Positions 61,065-64,000 of a stretch of DNA of 64,000 bases are shown here, piece after piece. The stretch comes from Gammaproteobacteria bacterium (GTDB lineage: Bacteria > Pseudomonadota > Gammaproteobacteria > Steroidobacterales > GCA-2729495): positions 124 to 64,123 of the forward strand of contig JASLMV010000015.1 of the NCBI GenBank assembly GCA_030746435.1, given 5' to 3'. The notes beneath the pieces are model-generated. The model saw only the letters and a list, made by a program, of their open reading frames with translations. It was not told the DNA's origin and did no database searches. Numbering within the stretch: position 1 is the stretch's first letter; each line of letters begins with the position of its first letter. The position numbers and the translations under genes were made by a program.

Positions 61065-62222
61065 ATGAACCGCAAGAGCAGCAAGGCCGAGACAAAGTGC
61101 ATACACGCAGGTGACACCGTAGACAAGGTCACCGGCGCGGTCATGCCTGCGATTGTTACCAGCTCGACCTTCGAGAACGCAGCTTTCGGCGAACCGCGCG
61201 AATACATCTATTCGCGTGGTGCAAACCCGACGCGCGCGGCGCTCGAACGCTGTGCGGCTGTACTCGAAGGGGGCGTGCAGGGATTTGCTTACGGGTCAGG
61301 TATGGCGGCAACTGCCGCGGTGCTGGATCTCCTTCCGGCTAACAGTCATGTGATCGTTCCCGGCGAGTTGTACGGCGGGACCTATTCGCTGTTCACCGGG
61401 GTGCGCGCCCACTCGGCCGGGCTCGAAATGTCAGTTGTCGATTTCACCGACACGGATAACGTGGCGGCTGCCTGCAAGGACAACACAAAGCTTGTCTGGT
61501 TCGAATCACCGACCAACCCGTTGGTCAGCGTGATCGATATAAAAGCGATCGCGGAAGTTGCACATGCGCACGGTGCACTGGCCGTGGTGGACAATACCTT
61601 TGCGACGCCGCTTAACCAGCGGCCGCTGGAACTCGGTTGCGATATCGTCATGCATTCGACAACCAAGTACCTGGCCGGACATTCGGATGTGATCGGCGGC
61701 CTGAACGTGGTTGCGGACCCGGAACTGGCCGAGCGGCTGGGCCGCGTCAACGCGGTAACCGGCGGTATTGCGGGGCCCTTTGATGCCTACCTGACCTTCA
61801 GGGGTATTAAGACGCTTGCGCTGCGCATGGAACGCCACCAGTCGAACTCACAGACCATAGCCGAATGGCTGGAAGCACGCGCAGGCGTGCATAAAGTCAT
61901 TTACCCGGGCCTGCAGAGTCACCCGGGGCATGAGTTGGCCAGGCGGCAGATGGATACCGGCTTCGGCGCAATCATCGCGATTGAGCTGGAAGGCGGGCAG
62001 GCTGAGGCCGCCGGTTTCATGAACCGGCTGCAGTATTTTGCGATTGCCGAAGGACTGGGCGGCGTGGAAAGCATCGTGGGCCACCCGCGCACGATGAGCC
62101 ACTCGCGCGTGCCCGAAGACCGCAAGGATGAACTCGGGCTGGTCGAGAACCTCGTGCGCTTGTCGGTTGGCATCGAGCACGTCGATGACCTTATTGCGGA
62201 TATAGATCAGGCGCTTGACTGA
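61065..62222 (+). CDS. Cys/Met-metabolism PLP enzyme (cystathionine gamma-lyase / gamma-synthase class)
   Basis: ...PI..SSTF..., ESPTNP, and STTKYLAGHSD (PLP lysine). Confidence 0.85.
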   Translation: MNRKSSKAETKCIHAGDTVDKVTGAVMPAIVTSSTFENAAFGEPREYIYSRGANPTRAALERCAAVLEGGVQGFAYGSGMAATAAVLDLLPANSHVIVPGELYGGTYSLFTGVRAHSAGLEMSVVDFTDTDNVAAACKDNTKLVWFESPTNPLVSVIDIKAIAEVAHAHGALAVVDNTFATPLNQRPLELGCDIVMHSTTKYLAGHSDVIGGLNVVADPELAERLGRVNAVTGGIAGPFDAYLTFRGIKTLALRMERHQSNSQTIAEWLEARAGVHKVIYPGLQSHPGHELARRQMDTGFGAIIAIELEGGQAEAAGFMNRLQYFAIAEGLGGVESIVGHPRTMSHSRVPEDRKDELGLVENLVRLSVGIEHVDDLIADIDQALD

Positions 62223-62232
62223 TAACTGGTTA

Positions 62233-63249
62233 TCAGGCTTCCAGGTTCAACCACCCGGGCAGTTCGAGTCCCTTGCTCGCAAGGAATTCGCGGTTAAACA
62301 GGCGCTCGCGATAACGCAGACCCGAGTCACACAGCAGTGTGACGATAACGTGGCCCGGACCAAGCTCCTTTGCCAGGCGCACTGCCCCGGCGACGTTGAC
62401 ACCCGTCGATCCACCGCAACAAAGACCCTCAAGCCGGATCAGGTCAAAGACCAGCGGGACGGATTCCGAGTCGGGTATCTGGTAGGGCGCGTCTACCGGC
62501 GTGTCGGCAAAGTTCTCCGTGATCCTGCTAGTACCGATACCTTCGCTGATCGAGCTGCCCTCGGCCTTCAGCTCCCCGGTCGTGAAGTAGTTATAAAGAG
62601 CGGAACCGGTCGGGTCAGAAAGACCGATGCTCACTTTTTCGTTGCGCGCCCTTAACGCCCTTGCTACCCCGGCCAGTGAACCGCCGGTGCCGACCGAGCA
62701 AACGAACCCGTCCACTTCGCCATTGGTCTGCTCCCAGATCTCGGGACCTGTCGTCGCTTCGTGGAAGTCCCGGTTTGCGACGTTGTCGAATTGGTTGGCC
62801 CAGAGTGCGCATCCCGGGTTGGCTGCATTCATCTCCTCGGCTATGCGTCGGGACTCGTGCACGAAATGGCCCGGATCCTTGAAAGGCACGGCGGGCACGA
62901 GCCGCACATCGGCGCCGTAAGCACGCAGCGTATCGACCTTGTCCTTGCTCTGGTTATCCGGCATTACAATAACGGTGGGGTAGCCAAGCGAGTTGCCGAC
63001 CACGGCCAGGCCTATGCCTGTGTTGCCGGCCGTGCCTTCCACGATGGTGCCACCGGCTGTTAACTGCCCCTTTGCTTCGGCGTCGCGCACTATCCCTAAT
63101 GCAGCGCGGTCCTTGACTGAACCGCCGGGGTTCATGAATTCTGCCTTGCCGAGTATTTCGCAGCCCGTCTCGTCGGACAGATGGTTGAGACGCATCAGGG
63201 GTGTCTGACCGATGTGGTCGGTCAGGGCTGGGTAAGGCTTGTTGCTCAT
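62233..63249 (-). CDS. Cysteine synthase / cystathionine beta-synthase-like PLP enzyme (no CBS pair)
   Basis: IGQTPLMRL, NPGGSVKDR (PLP lysine), TAGNTGIGLA, GTGGS. ATG at 63249 preferred. Confidence 0.8.
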   Translation of the reverse strand: MSNKPYPALTDHIGQTPLMRLNHLSDETGCEILGKAEFMNPGGSVKDRAALGIVRDAEAKGQLTAGGTIVEGTAGNTGIGLAVVGNSLGYPTVIVMPDNQSKDKVDTLRAYGADVRLVPAVPFKDPGHFVHESRRIAEEMNAANPGCALWANQFDNVANRDFHEATTGPEIWEQTNGEVDGFVCSVGTGGSLAGVARALRARNEKVSIGLSDPTGSALYNYFTTGELKAEGSSISEGIGTSRITENFADTPVDAPYQIPDSESVPLVFDLIRLEGLCCGGSTGVNVAGAVRLAKELGPGHVIVTLLCDSGLRYRERLFNREFLASKGLELPGWLNLEA

Positions 63250-63265
63250 AGGGCTAGTCTTCTTA

Positions 63266-64000
63266 TCAATTATCCAGTGAAGCAAGCTGGTCGGCCTGGT
63301 ATTCAGCAACCAGCGGGTCAATGACTGACTGCAGCGAACCCTGCAGGAATTCGTCCAGTTTATAAAGTGTCAGGTTAATCCGGTGGTCGGTTACACGGCC
63401 CTGCGGGAAATTATAGGTGCGTATACGTTCCGAGCGGTCGCCGCTGCCAACGAGGTTACGCCTTTGTTCGGCCTGGTCACTGATCTGTTTCTGCTGTTCG
63501 CTGTCCAGCAGTTTAGCCTGCAGCAACGACATCGCCCGCGCACGGTTTTTGTGCTGCGATCGTTCGTCCTGGCACTCGACAACAATGCCGGTTGGCAGAT
63601 GGGTCAGGCGCACCGCCGAGTCGGTCTTGTTAACGTGCTGACCTCCTGCCCCCGAGGCCCGGTAGGTATCCACCCGTAAATCTGCAGGATTGATATCGAT
63701 TTCATCTATGTCTTCCGCTTCCGGCAGCACGGCGACTGTGCATGCCGATGTATGGATCCTGCCCTGTGATTCCGTTTCTGGTACGCGTTGGACCCGATGG
63801 GCGCCCGACTCGAACTTAAGGAGCGAGTAGGCGCCGCGCCCTTCGATGCGGCTGATAATTTCCTTGTAGCCCCCGTGTTCCCCCTCGCGCTCACTCAGTA
63901 TTTCCAGTTTCCAGTTCTGTTGCTCGGCAAAACGTTGATACATCCTGAACAGATCGCCCGCAAACAGCGCGGCTTCGTCCCCGCCGGTACCGGCACGGAT
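63266..64000 (-). CDS. prfA: Peptide chain release factor 1, C-terminal two thirds; 5' end outside the window
   Basis: [13 protein letters not shown] (GGQ motif). The frame stays open to base 64000 (…[22 protein letters not shown]…). Confidence 0.95.
   Translation of the reverse strand: MRAGTGGDEAALFAGDLFRMYQRFAEQQNWKLEILSEREGEHGGYKEIISRIEGRGAYSLLKFESGAHRVQRVPETESQGRIHTSACTVAVLPEAEDIDEIDINPADLRVDTYRASGAGGQHVNKTDSAVRLTHLPTGIVVECQDERSQHKNRARAMSLLQAKLLDSEQQKQISDQAEQRRNLVGSGDRSERIRTYNFPQGRVTDHRINLTLYKLDEFLQGSLQSVIDPLVAEYQADQLASLDN

Overview
This is a chromosomal segment of a moderately GC-rich gammaproteobacterium. Gene order resembles the Pseudomonas/marine-gamma pattern; the taxon cannot be fixed from the sequence alone. 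I found no rRNA, tRNA, CRISPR array, integrase, transposase or phage genes.

The right two thirds (about 26.7-64 kb) are conserved housekeeping genes:
- yyaL, lgt-thyA, and the lptD-surA-pdxA-rsmA-apaG-apaH cluster, with murU divergent from it.
- A contiguous cell-wall elongation cluster on one strand: mreBCD-mrdA-rodA-mltB-rlpA-dacA-ybeD-lipB.
- gatCAB-hslO, and a SahR-like regulator followed by metF-metH.
- An ASST-like protein, moeB, prmC, a CBS-like/cystathionine-lyase pair, and prfA.

The left third (about 0.5-26.7 kb) is accessory-like and rich in paralogs:
- msrQP and msrA.
- A c-di-GMP block: two DUF3391/HD-GYP paralogs that both lack the His of the HD dyad, plus a degenerate-GGDEF/EAL protein.
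- Two Tat-exported DUF1838-like proteins.
- Three alpha/beta-fold hydrolases, one of which is a haloalkane-dehalogenase homolog missing its catalytic His.
- An operon of lipoprotein-SDR, DUF1838 and an IorB-like molybdoenzyme, with no 2Fe-2S subunit gene nearby.

The best candidate for an undescribed system is at 14.8-21.8 kb. It is a mirrored, duplicated module: a membrane-anchored alpha/beta-hydrolase diverges from an exported two-domain CbiX-like (class II chelatase fold) protein. One copy is extended by a HrtBA-like ABC pump that has no membrane-fusion protein. I read this as a possible periplasmic tetrapyrrole or metal handling/detoxification system. That reading is inference only.

Non-coding observations:
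- A 2 x 139-bp tandem repeat with compensatory stem changes.
- A triplicated 39-bp bidirectional terminator.
- A perfect 11-2-11 palindrome over the sahR promoter.
- A cluster of hairpins in the murU/lipB spacer.

All protein calls rest on motifs I recognised by eye. No database search was run.
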